Shown here in pieces: positions 47,318 through 55,986 of a stretch of DNA of 64,000 nucleotides; position 1 is the first letter of the stretch, and each line of letters starts with the position of its first letter. The notes under the pieces were generated by a model. That model searched no databases. It was not told the DNA's origin and worked only from the letters and a program-made list of their open reading frames with translations. This DNA comes from Dehalococcoidales bacterium (lineage in GTDB: Bacteria; Chloroflexota; Dehalococcoidia; Dehalococcoidales; RBG-16-60-22), in assembly GCA_034434915.1 (NCBI GenBank), contig DAOTYE010000023.1, positions 42-64,041 on the forward strand, written 5' to 3'. The position numbers and the translations under genes were made by a program.

Positions 47318-47332
47318 GGGTCTCCTTTTTAG

Positions 47333-48289
47333 TTAATTCTTTTGCTCGCTATGGCGCACCTGCTCGGCGATGGTCTCAGCTTTCTTAGGACGGAAGAAGG
47401 AAGCGATAGTTGAAATCGCCAGTATTCCGGCGACTACTCCCAGCGCCACCACCACCGGCAGTTTGTAAAACCCGGAGAAAAGCATCTTAAAGCCCAGAAA
47501 AACAAGGATAGCGGAAAGCCCGTAGGACAGGTAGTGTAATCTCAGGGTCACGCCGGCGAGGGCAAAGTATAGTGCACGCAGTCCCAGAATGGCGAAGATG
47601 TTTGAGGTGTATACGATGAACGGGTCCAGGGTGATGGACAGCACCGCCGGGATTGAGTCCACCGCAAAGAGGATATCGGTCGTCTCCACGACGAGCACCA
47701 CAAGGAAAAGCGGTGTGACAAACAGTTGTCCTGCTTCCCTCAGGAAGAACCTGTCTCCGTGGTAGTCTTTGGTCACCGGGATGAACCTGCGGCAGAGCCT
47801 CAGGAATGGGTTATGCTCGGGGTGGATTTTCCGGTCCCGGTGCAGGAACAGCCTGACGCCGGTATAGACCAGGAAGGCGCCGAAGATGTAAATGACCCAG
47901 TGGAGACGCTCTATGATGGCAACGCCCGCGAAGATAAATATGCCGCGTATGATGAGCGCGCCCATGATACCCCAGAAAAGGACTTTATGCTGGGCGTTCG
48001 CCGGGACATTGAAATAGGTGAAAATGACCAGGAAGACGAAGAGATTGTCCACGCTCAATGATTTCTCAACGAGGTAGCCGGTGAAGAAATTGACCGCCTT
48101 GTCCGCACCGAAGGCAAAATAGACGCCTAGGTTGAAGATGAGCGAAAGGGAAATCCAGACTGCGCTCCAGATTAGGGCTTCTCTAACCCTTATCACATGT
48201 GCCCGGCGGTGGAACACGCCCAGGTCCAGCGCCAGCAGAACAATAACCAGCACCCCGAAGACCAGCCACCAGATAAGCTGGGTGGACAT
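47333..48289 (-). CDS. TerC-family integral membrane protein
   Basis: 'EKSLSVDNLFVF', 'FAVDSIPAV' and 'YTSNIFAILGLRALYF'. The start codon overlaps the rlmN stop (ATGA at 48287-48291). Confidence 0.85.
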   Translation of the reverse strand: MSTQLIWWLVFGVLVIVLLALDLGVFHRRAHVIRVREALIWSAVWISLSLIFNLGVYFAFGADKAVNFFTGYLVEKSLSVDNLFVFLVIFTYFNVPANAQHKVLFWGIMGALIIRGIFIFAGVAIIERLHWVIYIFGAFLVYTGVRLFLHRDRKIHPEHNPFLRLCRRFIPVTKDYHGDRFFLREAGQLFVTPLFLVVLVVETTDILFAVDSIPAVLSITLDPFIVYTSNIFAILGLRALYFALAGVTLRLHYLSYGLSAILVFLGFKMLFSGFYKLPVVVALGVVAGILAISTIASFFRPKKAETIAEQVRHSEQKN

Positions 48290-49389
48290 CAGAGGGCGAC
48301 CCCCTTCTTTTTCGTTGTAGGACGACCTGATTTGAGGAGGCGACTTCTCAGCTGACCACAGCCGGCGGCAATATCAATCCCCTTCCTGCGGCGCAAGGTG
48401 CAGGTGATACCCAGACTTTTCACTTCACGCTGGAAGGCGAGCACCCTCCCATGAGCTGGCGGTTGAAAATCAGCAGAGCCTGTGGGGTTTGCCGGGATGA
48501 GATTAACATGGCAGGTCAAACCGGAGAGGAGTTCTGCCAGCGCATGGGCGTCCTCAGGAGAATCATTGATGCGGTCAAAAAGGATGTATTCAAAGCTGGG
48601 GCGCCTTCCCGTCCGGCGGAAATATTCGCGGACGGCAGGAATAAGCTGTTCCAGCGGGTATCTGCGGTTGAGAGGCACGAGTTTATCCCTCAAAGCGTTA
48701 TTGCTGGCATGTAGAGATATTGCCAGCCCCACCTGCAGGTTTGCTTTGCTCAGCCGGTCTATCTGCGGCACCAGACCGGCAGTGGAGATGGTCATGCTCC
48801 GCGCCGCGAGTCTGAACCCGTCAGGGGAATTGAGCATCTCAATCGCCTGCCAGAGGGCATCATAGTTGGCGAGGGGCTCGCCCATGCCCATGAAAACGAT
48901 ATTGTCAATTGACCCACTTCCCCGGTCCTTCAGCTTGCGGGCGAAGTAGAGCACCTGGTCTATGATTTCCCCCGGAGTGAGGTTGCGCTCAAAGCCCTGC
49001 TGACCGGTGGCGCAGAACGGACAGCCGATGGGGCATCCCACCTGAGTGGAGACACAGGTGGTGTGATGGGTCCTGCCTCCCTGAGCAGGGTAGGGCATAA
49101 GAGTGGCTTCAATTGTGCTGCCGTCAGCCAGGGAGAAGAGCGTTTTTATGGTGCCATCGCGGCTGGTCATTTCTTCCACCATGGTGAGACTGTGAAGGCT
49201 GACCTTATGCTGCAGTTTTTCCCGGAACGATGCCGGCAGGTCGGTCATTTCGTTGAAAGAGAAAGCCAGACGGCGGTAGATGCCGCTCAGCAGTTGCTTT
49301 GCCCGGTAGGCAGGCTCCCCCATAGAGATTACCAGCTTTTGAAGCTGTTCTGAGGTGAGGTCAATAAGGCAGACGGAGTGTGTTGCCAT
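48289..49389 (-). CDS. rlmN: 23S rRNA/tRNA (adenine-C2)-methyltransferase RlmN (radical SAM)
   Basis: 'CVSTQVGCPIGCPFCATG', 'NIVFMGMGEPLAN' and 'LAISLHA'. Start trimmed to the ATG at 49389 (MATHSVCLIDLTSEQLQ). Confidence 0.88.
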   Translation of the reverse strand: MATHSVCLIDLTSEQLQKLVISMGEPAYRAKQLLSGIYRRLAFSFNEMTDLPASFREKLQHKVSLHSLTMVEEMTSRDGTIKTLFSLADGSTIEATLMPYPAQGGRTHHTTCVSTQVGCPIGCPFCATGQQGFERNLTPGEIIDQVLYFARKLKDRGSGSIDNIVFMGMGEPLANYDALWQAIEMLNSPDGFRLAARSMTISTAGLVPQIDRLSKANLQVGLAISLHASNNALRDKLVPLNRRYPLEQLIPAVREYFRRTGRRPSFEYILFDRINDSPEDAHALAELLSGLTCHVNLIPANPTGSADFQPPAHGRVLAFQREVKSLGITCTLRRRKGIDIAAGCGQLRSRLLKSGRPTTKKKGVAL

Positions 49390-49509
49390 CACTAATATGA
49401 TAAGGCTAACGAGGCGATTAGACAAGGGAATGTATTTTACATAATCATGGTTTGGCTTCAATATATCACTTTGACAGTGGCGGAGTTTGCGGATAAAATA
49501 GAGACTAAT

Positions 49510-49581
49510 GCGGGAGTAACTCAGTGGCAGAGTGCCTGCCTTCCAAGCAGGTGGTCGCGGGTTCGAATCCCGTCTCCCGCT
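49510..49581 (+). tRNA. tRNA-Gly (anticodon UCC), no encoded CCA
   Basis: Acceptor gcgggag/ctcccgc. Anticodon stem cctgc/gcagg with loop cuUCCaa. Confidence 0.9.
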
Positions 49582-49608
49582 TTTTATGTTCTGTCCTGTG
49601 GCGAGGTG

Positions 49609-51723
49609 ATGATGAACTCCATAGATGTGGCTTCAATCGTCCGCAACTCACGTGCTGAGCCACTCAGATATCCCCCGGCAAACCACGGTCAGTGTGAACA
49701 CGTTGTTGAAATGGCTTTGCTGGGGCAGACCCAGCTTGCCGCTGATTACCTTCTCATTGCCCTTGAAGGAAGGAATCTCGCCAAGACGGTAGGAAACATA
49801 TTGCGCCGTCTTAATCTTGAGTTTATTAGCGGCAGACCGCAGTCAGAAGAAGAGGTGGAGAAACAGACTGAGAAAGTCCTTATACGCCAGAGAGCCTATG
49901 AGGTATTGATGGAGATGGCCATCAACCTGTGCGGAATGGAAAGCAGGCGAGCCGGATTTCCTGAAAAAGAAAGTATACAGGCTTTTGATTACATCATACA
50001 TGCTCTGAACCAGTGGGAGTCTCTGGAAAAACAGGAAGCCGCGCAGACTACCATCGCTCAGGCGGTAGTGGACAGGTTTCTGCTTGAAATGGGCAAAGTT
50101 ATGCGCGGTGAGGGCATGGTTGCCAAGATAGCTCAGGAAATCAAAGGGGGACTGGTTGAGAGCAGTTTTGCCAGCAGTTTCGTGATGGCGGCTAAGAAAG
50201 CGATTCAGAGCAACGTGTATTATCAGATGACCGCGAAGGGTATGTGCAAGTTCGGCAATGACTATGCCCTGGGGTTGAGGTGGCTGAGACATCTCGGCTT
50301 TGTTCAGGTGTCCACCAACCCCGTGCTGGCGGCGGCGGCGTACAACGATTGCCCGGAGCTATGGGATGAGTTCCGTAAAGTGGCTGTGGAACATCACGAA
50401 TGGTTCAAAGACCCTGAAAGATATGGCGATGAAATGGCCATCCAGGCAACCATGCTGGCGCTCTGGCCCAATCTGGAGGTCTTCCGCCCCATCGCCCTGC
50501 TGTCAGATTTTCATGACGGCATGGTCAGCTATCAATTGAACCCCAACGTGGCGGCAAGCCTTGCCGGCAGTATTGAGGATGCGCTCAAGATATACGCTTC
50601 AGCTGATAAGTTCCTCAAAATCCGTGATGCTTATCTTACCTGGGGCTTACCTGCTGTGGCGCAGGTGGGCAGGCCCAATCTGGTTTTTAAGGTCGCCGCG
50701 GGCTACCCGGCGGCAGTTGCTATCACCGCCGCGCTGACGAGCATGGGTATCGGGACAAACAATACCGTCACCTATACCGTGGCGCAGGAGACCGAGCTTA
50801 TCATCGCCGCGATGAAGGGGATGGCTGAAGCATTGAAGCGGGGCATTCGCCCCACGCAGGTCTACGAGACAAACATGGGCGGCAGGCTGGAAAGCCACCT
50901 GCGCGAAGTGGAAGCTGAGAAACACCTTCTGGAAGCCCTGAGCACAGTTGAGAACAAAGAGGAGCTACTGGTCAAGCTGGCTGAGCGGCTGGGTGCGGCG
51001 GCGGAACTGGAGAAACAGAGTTCATGGGAAGGTAAGGTCAAAGCTCTGTCCAGCTATCGCTATTTGAAAAAGCTGACCCATCCAGCGTTCGTGGAGGCAG
51101 TGGCTTCAGGAAAGAAAAGAGAAACGGTAGTCTCTTTCCTCACGCGTCTGGAAGATGACATTGGTTTAGCGGGGACCATTGTTGCCCACCGGGTCTACTG
51201 GCTCTTCTTCAGCCCTGAAAACAGGCTCAGATGGCTCACTTATTTGAGGAAAGAGTTCGGTTTATCGCGCGCTCAGGCTGAGGAGGTTATGGATATGATT
51301 GATGTTCTGCCAGCCTCAAAGCGAAAGCCTGCGGACACCCTGCTGACGCTGGCGGAAAAGAATATGACCAACACCGAGTTTCCTAACCACCAGTGGGCGG
51401 TGGTGCAAGCCTCACGCCAGCCCGGATTTAATTTAAACGACTATTCCAACGCAATAGCGCGGGAGCCCGACACTGAGGTTCTCCAGAGGCTTCTGGAACT
51501 GGATGATTTCCGCAAAGCCTACGAGCTGACACCGGAATTGGCGAAATTTATCAAGGGGGTGGGCATAAAAGGTGATTTCGGCACCGGCGGGTTAAGGACG
51601 GAAGACTGGCCACACTTTGGTCCGGTGGTCAAGACCATGAACGAGTTCGGCAATGCGTATGAGACCTTCAAAAGAACCGCGATAGATGTGGTCAAAAAAG
51701 CAAGCGGGGTCAAACAATCGTAA
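49609..51723 (+). CDS. Large (~704 aa) transaldolase/FSA-fold-containing protein of unknown function
   Basis: The central region aligns by eye to the in-window tal: VSTNPVL, GMVSYQLNP, LVFKVAAG...GIGTNNTVTYTVAQ and TNMGGR. Start placed after tRNA-Gly at the ATG-ATG at 49609. Confidence 0.6.
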   Translation: MMNSIDVASIVRNSRAEPLRYPPANHGQCEHVVEMALLGQTQLAADYLLIALEGRNLAKTVGNILRRLNLEFISGRPQSEEEVEKQTEKVLIRQRAYEVLMEMAINLCGMESRRAGFPEKESIQAFDYIIHALNQWESLEKQEAAQTTIAQAVVDRFLLEMGKVMRGEGMVAKIAQEIKGGLVESSFASSFVMAAKKAIQSNVYYQMTAKGMCKFGNDYALGLRWLRHLGFVQVSTNPVLAAAAYNDCPELWDEFRKVAVEHHEWFKDPERYGDEMAIQATMLALWPNLEVFRPIALLSDFHDGMVSYQLNPNVAASLAGSIEDALKIYASADKFLKIRDAYLTWGLPAVAQVGRPNLVFKVAAGYPAAVAITAALTSMGIGTNNTVTYTVAQETELIIAAMKGMAEALKRGIRPTQVYETNMGGRLESHLREVEAEKHLLEALSTVENKEELLVKLAERLGAAAELEKQSSWEGKVKALSSYRYLKKLTHPAFVEAVASGKKRETVVSFLTRLEDDIGLAGTIVAHRVYWLFFSPENRLRWLTYLRKEFGLSRAQAEEVMDMIDVLPASKRKPADTLLTLAEKNMTNTEFPNHQWAVVQASRQPGFNLNDYSNAIAREPDTEVLQRLLELDDFRKAYELTPELAKFIKGVGIKGDFGTGGLRTEDWPHFGPVVKTMNEFGNAYETFKRTAIDVVKKASGVKQS

Positions 51724-51735
51724 AAGGGTATCGCT

Positions 51736-52317
51736 TCATCCCCAGGTTTTTAACTCCTTGCCAATGCTATGCGATTTAGCAATGACCTCGCCAAAAGCAT
51801 AGTATGCAGACAGTTCCAGATTGAAGATAATGGGCTTAATCTTCCTCACATCGGGCTTGCCGTCTGTCAGGCAATTGTCAGATACGTAAGTCCCTTTTAC
51901 CTCACCGATGATGAAGGCGTGGCTCCCCAGGTTCAGGATATGCACCACCTTGCACTCCAGGTTGACCGGGCATTGCTCTATCAGCGGCGCGGTCTTCAGA
52001 TTGCCATAAAAGACGTCAAACTTGCATACCTTCACCTTGTCCACGGTGGCGCCGGAGGTGATGCCGCAGAAATCCAGCTCCCTCACCAAATCAACAGAGG
52101 GCGTATTGATAGAAAAAGTGAGGTTCTGCAGGACGCCTTTAAGCGTGTAGCAGTGATGCTTGATGGGCACCGCCATCATCGGGGGCACTGCGTTTGCCAC
52201 ACCTCCTCCGCCGACCGCCATGAAGTTCGCTTTGCCATTGACGTTTGCCCCCACGAGAAGAGCAGGCCTGGGGTACATTAACCGGTCGGGAGCCATCTCA
52301 GTCTTAGCCATAGCCAT
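51736..52317 (-). CDS. Flavin-reductase-like FMN-binding protein (flavoredoxin type)
   Basis: 193 aa. 'YPRPALLVG......NFMAV' and 'LECKVV' are typical of the Flavin_Reduct family. Confidence 0.7.
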   Translation of the reverse strand: MAMAKTEMAPDRLMYPRPALLVGANVNGKANFMAVGGGGVANAVPPMMAVPIKHHCYTLKGVLQNLTFSINTPSVDLVRELDFCGITSGATVDKVKVCKFDVFYGNLKTAPLIEQCPVNLECKVVHILNLGSHAFIIGEVKGTYVSDNCLTDGKPDVRKIKPIIFNLELSAYYAFGEVIAKSHSIGKELKTWG

Positions 52318-52457
52318 CCTCCTTCTTTCTGCGCTGAAACAGTCCGCACCGTTCAGTTTCTGTGATGCATTATCATTATAACTATACTTTATTATTTGAA
52401 CACGGAATGCCCAGAGGTTATAATGACACTATTTGAGTGGTTCCGAAGGGGTGTGAG

Positions 52458-53102
52458 ATGAAAGTTGCCGGCATTGTCTGCAGTCCCAGAAAAGGGGGAA
52501 ATACCGAGATTATGGTGCAGGAAGCACTCAACGGCGCAAAAGCTCAAGGTGCGGAGACGGAACTGCTCACAATCTGCGACAAAGATATAAGACCTTGCGA
52601 CGGATGTCTTGCCTGTCTGAAGACCGGCAAATGCCACATAAAAGATGACGTACCGGCAATCTATGATAGTCTCTTACAAGCTGACGGCATTGTGTGGGGC
52701 ACGCCAGTCTATTTCTTCAGCGCTACAGCTCAAGCCAAGATGCTTATTGACCGCTCCTACTATATTTACGCCAACAACAACAGGCTGGCGAACAAAGTGT
52801 GCGGCGTGATATCGGTCGGCGCGAGCTTGGGAAACGCCGGCGTCTGGAACCTCTTCAGCACCTTCTTCTCTGTTCACCATATGTTTTCCACTGACTTTGT
52901 TTATGGTTATGCCAGGGATAAAGGCACCATCCGCAGGGACAGGCATGCCATGAAAGCGGCGGCAGAACTGGGCAGGCAAATAGTGTTAATGGTAAGACAG
53001 AGCCTGCGGTATCCGGAGGAGTATGACATCGCCATCTACCGCTTTGTGAAAAGGGAATACGGTATTGATAATTGCGTTTCCCGGGACAGATTTGGCGACT
53101 GA
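52458..53102 (+). CDS. Iron-sulfur flavoprotein / NADPH-dependent FMN reductase family
   Basis: 'KVAGIVCSPRKGGNTE', the compact Cys motif 'CDGCLACLKTGKC', and 'WGTPVYF'. Confidence 0.8.
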   Translation: MKVAGIVCSPRKGGNTEIMVQEALNGAKAQGAETELLTICDKDIRPCDGCLACLKTGKCHIKDDVPAIYDSLLQADGIVWGTPVYFFSATAQAKMLIDRSYYIYANNNRLANKVCGVISVGASLGNAGVWNLFSTFFSVHHMFSTDFVYGYARDKGTIRRDRHAMKAAAELGRQIVLMVRQSLRYPEEYDIAIYRFVKREYGIDNCVSRDRFGD

Positions 53103-53137
53103 AGACTAGTGCCCATTGACTTGTGAGAGCAGATAAT

Positions 53138-54976
53138 ATGAGCCCGGAAGAATTTAAGCTGGGTGCCACTTATCTGGGAGACAGGAAATGCCGGTTTCTG
53201 GTCTGGGCTCCGTTTGCGCAGAAGGTTGAAGTTCACATAATCGCTCCGCAGGAGAAATTTTTATCTCTTGAGCGGGGTGCTTTCGGCTACCATCACGGAC
53301 TTTTCAGTGGAATAGGGGAGGGGAGTATATACAAGTATCGGCTGGACGGCGATAGAGAGTACCCTGACCCGGCTTCCCGTTTCCAACCCCAGGGAGTGCA
53401 CGGTCCCTCTCAGGTAATGGACACCGGTTTTCCCTGGGATGATTCCGGCTGGTCTGGTCTCCCTCTTAAGGACTACATTATCTACGAGCTTCATGTGGGT
53501 AGTTATACTCCGGAGGGCACCTTTACCGCTATTATTCCTTTTCTGGGTGAGCTGAAGGAGCTGGGCATTACTGCGCTGGAACTCATGCCTGTATCTCAGT
53601 TCCCGGGAAGTCGCAACTGGGGCTATGACGGCGTCTATCCATTTGCCGTGCAGGACTCATATGGCGGACCAGAAGGGCTAAAGCGCTTAATCCATGCCTG
53701 CCACCGGAAGGGGCTGGCGGTGATATTGGACGTGGTCTATAACCACCTCGGACCGGAAGGCAATTACCTGGGCAAGTTCGGACCGTACTTCACTGACCGC
53801 TACCGCACCCCGTGGGGACAGGCAGTCAACTTTGATGGAGCATACAGCGACGAGGTGCGCCGTTACTTCATTGAAAACGCTCTTTACTGGTTCACCGAGT
53901 TTCATATTGATGCCCTGCGCCTGGATGCCCTGCATGCCATTATGGACGCCTCACCTCAGCCATTTTTGCGGGAGCTTGCAGATTCTGTGAAGCAACTACG
54001 GGAACAGACAAACCGGCACATCTACCTCATCGCTGAGAGCGATGCCAATGACCGCCGCTTATTGCTACCGCCTGAGCAAGGCGGCTATGGACTTGATGCC
54101 CAGTGGAATGATGATTTCCACCACGCACTCCACACCCTGCTCACCGGCGAGAGAAAAGGTTACTATGAAGACTTCGGCAGGGTACAGCAGCTGGTCAAAG
54201 CTTTCCGCGAGGGATTTGTCTACTCAGGAGAATATTCTCCTTACCGTCAGCGCCGTCACGGCTCATCCTCACGGGATATTCCTGCTGACCGCCTGGTTGT
54301 CTTTTCTCAGAACCATGACCAGATAGGCAACCGTATGCTGGGCGAGCGTCTGAGCCAGCTCGTTTCCTTTGAGGCACTGAAATTAGCCGCCGGCGTCGTC
54401 CTGCTATCACCGTTCATACCGCTTCTCTTCATGGGAGAGGAGTACGGAGAGACCGCTCCGTTCCAGTATTGTACCAGCCACTCTGACCCGGCGCTTATTG
54501 AGGCAGTATGGAAAGGACGCCGCCAGGAGTTTGCCCGCTTTGAATGGCAGGGTGAGTTACCAAACCCGCAGGAGGAAAAGATCTTTCAAAGCCTCAAGCT
54601 AAACCACTCCCTGAGCAGTGAAGGACAGCATCGCGTTCTGCTCAGCTTCTACCAAGAGCTCATCCGCCTGCGCAAGGAGGTGCCGGCGCTATCACGCCTT
54701 GATAAAGAAACGCTGGATGTGCAGGGGGATGAAGAAAGCAAACTGCTGTTTATCCGCCGCTGGAGCGGGGATAGTGAAGCTTTAATCATAGCCAGCTTCA
54801 GTGATGCCCAGCAATCAGCTGATTTCCCGGTTCCCAAAGGGCGCTGGCGCAAGCGAATTGATTCAGCAGAGCCACAGTGGCTGGGAAAAGGGAGCCAGCT
54901 TCCCGCAGAGCTCAACTCAGACGGTGCCGTTTCCGTGACACTTGAGCCTAAGTCGTTCTCGCTTTTCACTCGCTGA
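53138..54976 (+). CDS. treZ: Malto-oligosyltrehalose trehalohydrolase (GH13)
   Basis: 'LGATYLGD..CRFLVWAP', 'GYDGVYPFA', 'ILDVVYNHLGPEGNYL', 'IDALRLDALHAI', 'IAESDAND' and 'WNDDFHHA'. The alternative GTG start at 53123 is possible. Confidence 0.8.
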   Translation: MSPEEFKLGATYLGDRKCRFLVWAPFAQKVEVHIIAPQEKFLSLERGAFGYHHGLFSGIGEGSIYKYRLDGDREYPDPASRFQPQGVHGPSQVMDTGFPWDDSGWSGLPLKDYIIYELHVGSYTPEGTFTAIIPFLGELKELGITALELMPVSQFPGSRNWGYDGVYPFAVQDSYGGPEGLKRLIHACHRKGLAVILDVVYNHLGPEGNYLGKFGPYFTDRYRTPWGQAVNFDGAYSDEVRRYFIENALYWFTEFHIDALRLDALHAIMDASPQPFLRELADSVKQLREQTNRHIYLIAESDANDRRLLLPPEQGGYGLDAQWNDDFHHALHTLLTGERKGYYEDFGRVQQLVKAFREGFVYSGEYSPYRQRRHGSSSRDIPADRLVVFSQNHDQIGNRMLGERLSQLVSFEALKLAAGVVLLSPFIPLLFMGEEYGETAPFQYCTSHSDPALIEAVWKGRRQEFARFEWQGELPNPQEEKIFQSLKLNHSLSSEGQHRVLLSFYQELIRLRKEVPALSRLDKETLDVQGDEESKLLFIRRWSGDSEALIIASFSDAQQSADFPVPKGRWRKRIDSAEPQWLGKGSQLPAELNSDGAVSVTLEPKSFSLFTR

Positions 54977-55037
54977 TAACGTCTGACAGCTGAACCTCTC
55001 GTGAGTCTGAAATCAAGCTGATGTGACTCCTGTACTA

Positions 55038-55066
55038 TTGCAAACTGAGCCTCAGAACGCTAGAAT
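55038..55066 (+). promoter_or_regulatory. Putative sigma70-type promoter for the surface-protein gene pair
   Basis: TTGCAA (55038-55043) - 17 nt - TAGAAT (55061-55066). Confidence 0.45.
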
Positions 55067-55137
55067 AAGAAAAGAGAGAACTAAAGTCATAGTACCAAAG
55101 TACTGCTTCCTTGAAGGTAGGAAAAACTGGTTCAGAG

Positions 55138-55950
55138 ATGGAAGGGAAGCACAAGGAGCTGAAGGTGAAAATCAAAAACAGGTTAATACTGGGCACGGCT
55201 GTCTTTTTTCTGGTAGTAGCGTTAGGCGCAATCACCGTTTTTATGATGGAGAGCCAGCAGAGCGAACCAAAGGTAGTAACCCCGTTACCGTCAATGGCGC
55301 CATCCCAGGCTGTGGTGACAGGGGAAGCCGGGGCGCCTTCTGGCGGGGAGGTGGTCAAACTGCAGAGCACGGTTCTGGTGGAGGTATACCGGCCTGTAGG
55401 GGATGCGATGGTGCAGGTCTACCGCCATGAGAGCTCCAATGTCATCACTAATGTTGGTCTAGCCGCTTTAGCAAGGCACCTGGGCGGACAGACCGCCGCC
55501 TTCCAGTGGACATCAGCTATGGGTGGCAATGATAAGTGGTATCGGAGCACGGCGCCCATATACATCGCGCTGTCCACCGACGCCACCGGCGTGGATGCGG
55601 CGCACTCAAGCTGGCAGGCGGTTGACGGCTCTTACCCCAGCGATATTGAAATCACCACTGGCGGCCTGGCGAGGAGCACGGGTACTCTGACCATTGGTGT
55701 TGCCTATACCGCTGGCTCAGGCGGAACGAAAGGCTCGCATACCTATACTCTTTCCAAGACTTTCACGGTGACTCCCGGCAATAGCTTTACCGGGGTCCAG
55801 AAAGCCGGTCTTTTCAACAATGTCTATAACACCAATGATGGGTCAACCAGCGCTCTGCAGATTTCCGCACTGATTGCAGAGAACACTTTCACCCCGGTGG
55901 ACCTGAACGCCGGCGACCAGATTGCTATCACCTGGCGCATTACGTTATAG
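55138..55950 (+). CDS. Hypothetical N-terminally membrane-anchored extracytoplasmic protein
   Basis: A basic N-terminus (KHKELKVKIKNR) is followed by one TM (LILGTAVFFLVVALGAITVFMM) and a Thr/Gly/Ser-rich, beta-looking domain. The start is ambiguous (ATG 55138 or TTG 55111). Confidence 0.55.
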   Translation: MEGKHKELKVKIKNRLILGTAVFFLVVALGAITVFMMESQQSEPKVVTPLPSMAPSQAVVTGEAGAPSGGEVVKLQSTVLVEVYRPVGDAMVQVYRHESSNVITNVGLAALARHLGGQTAAFQWTSAMGGNDKWYRSTAPIYIALSTDATGVDAAHSSWQAVDGSYPSDIEITTGGLARSTGTLTIGVAYTAGSGGTKGSHTYTLSKTFTVTPGNSFTGVQKAGLFNNVYNTNDGSTSALQISALIAENTFTPVDLNAGDQIAITWRITL

Positions 55951-55986
55951 CGATGCACGCGCGGGGTTTGATAAGGCGAGTTTGAA

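Noticed and set aside
49447-49608. N-terminal 54 codons of ORF 49447-51723
   Set aside because: This part of the ORF is simply the translation of tRNA-Gly(UCC) and its flanks. The real start was moved to 49609.
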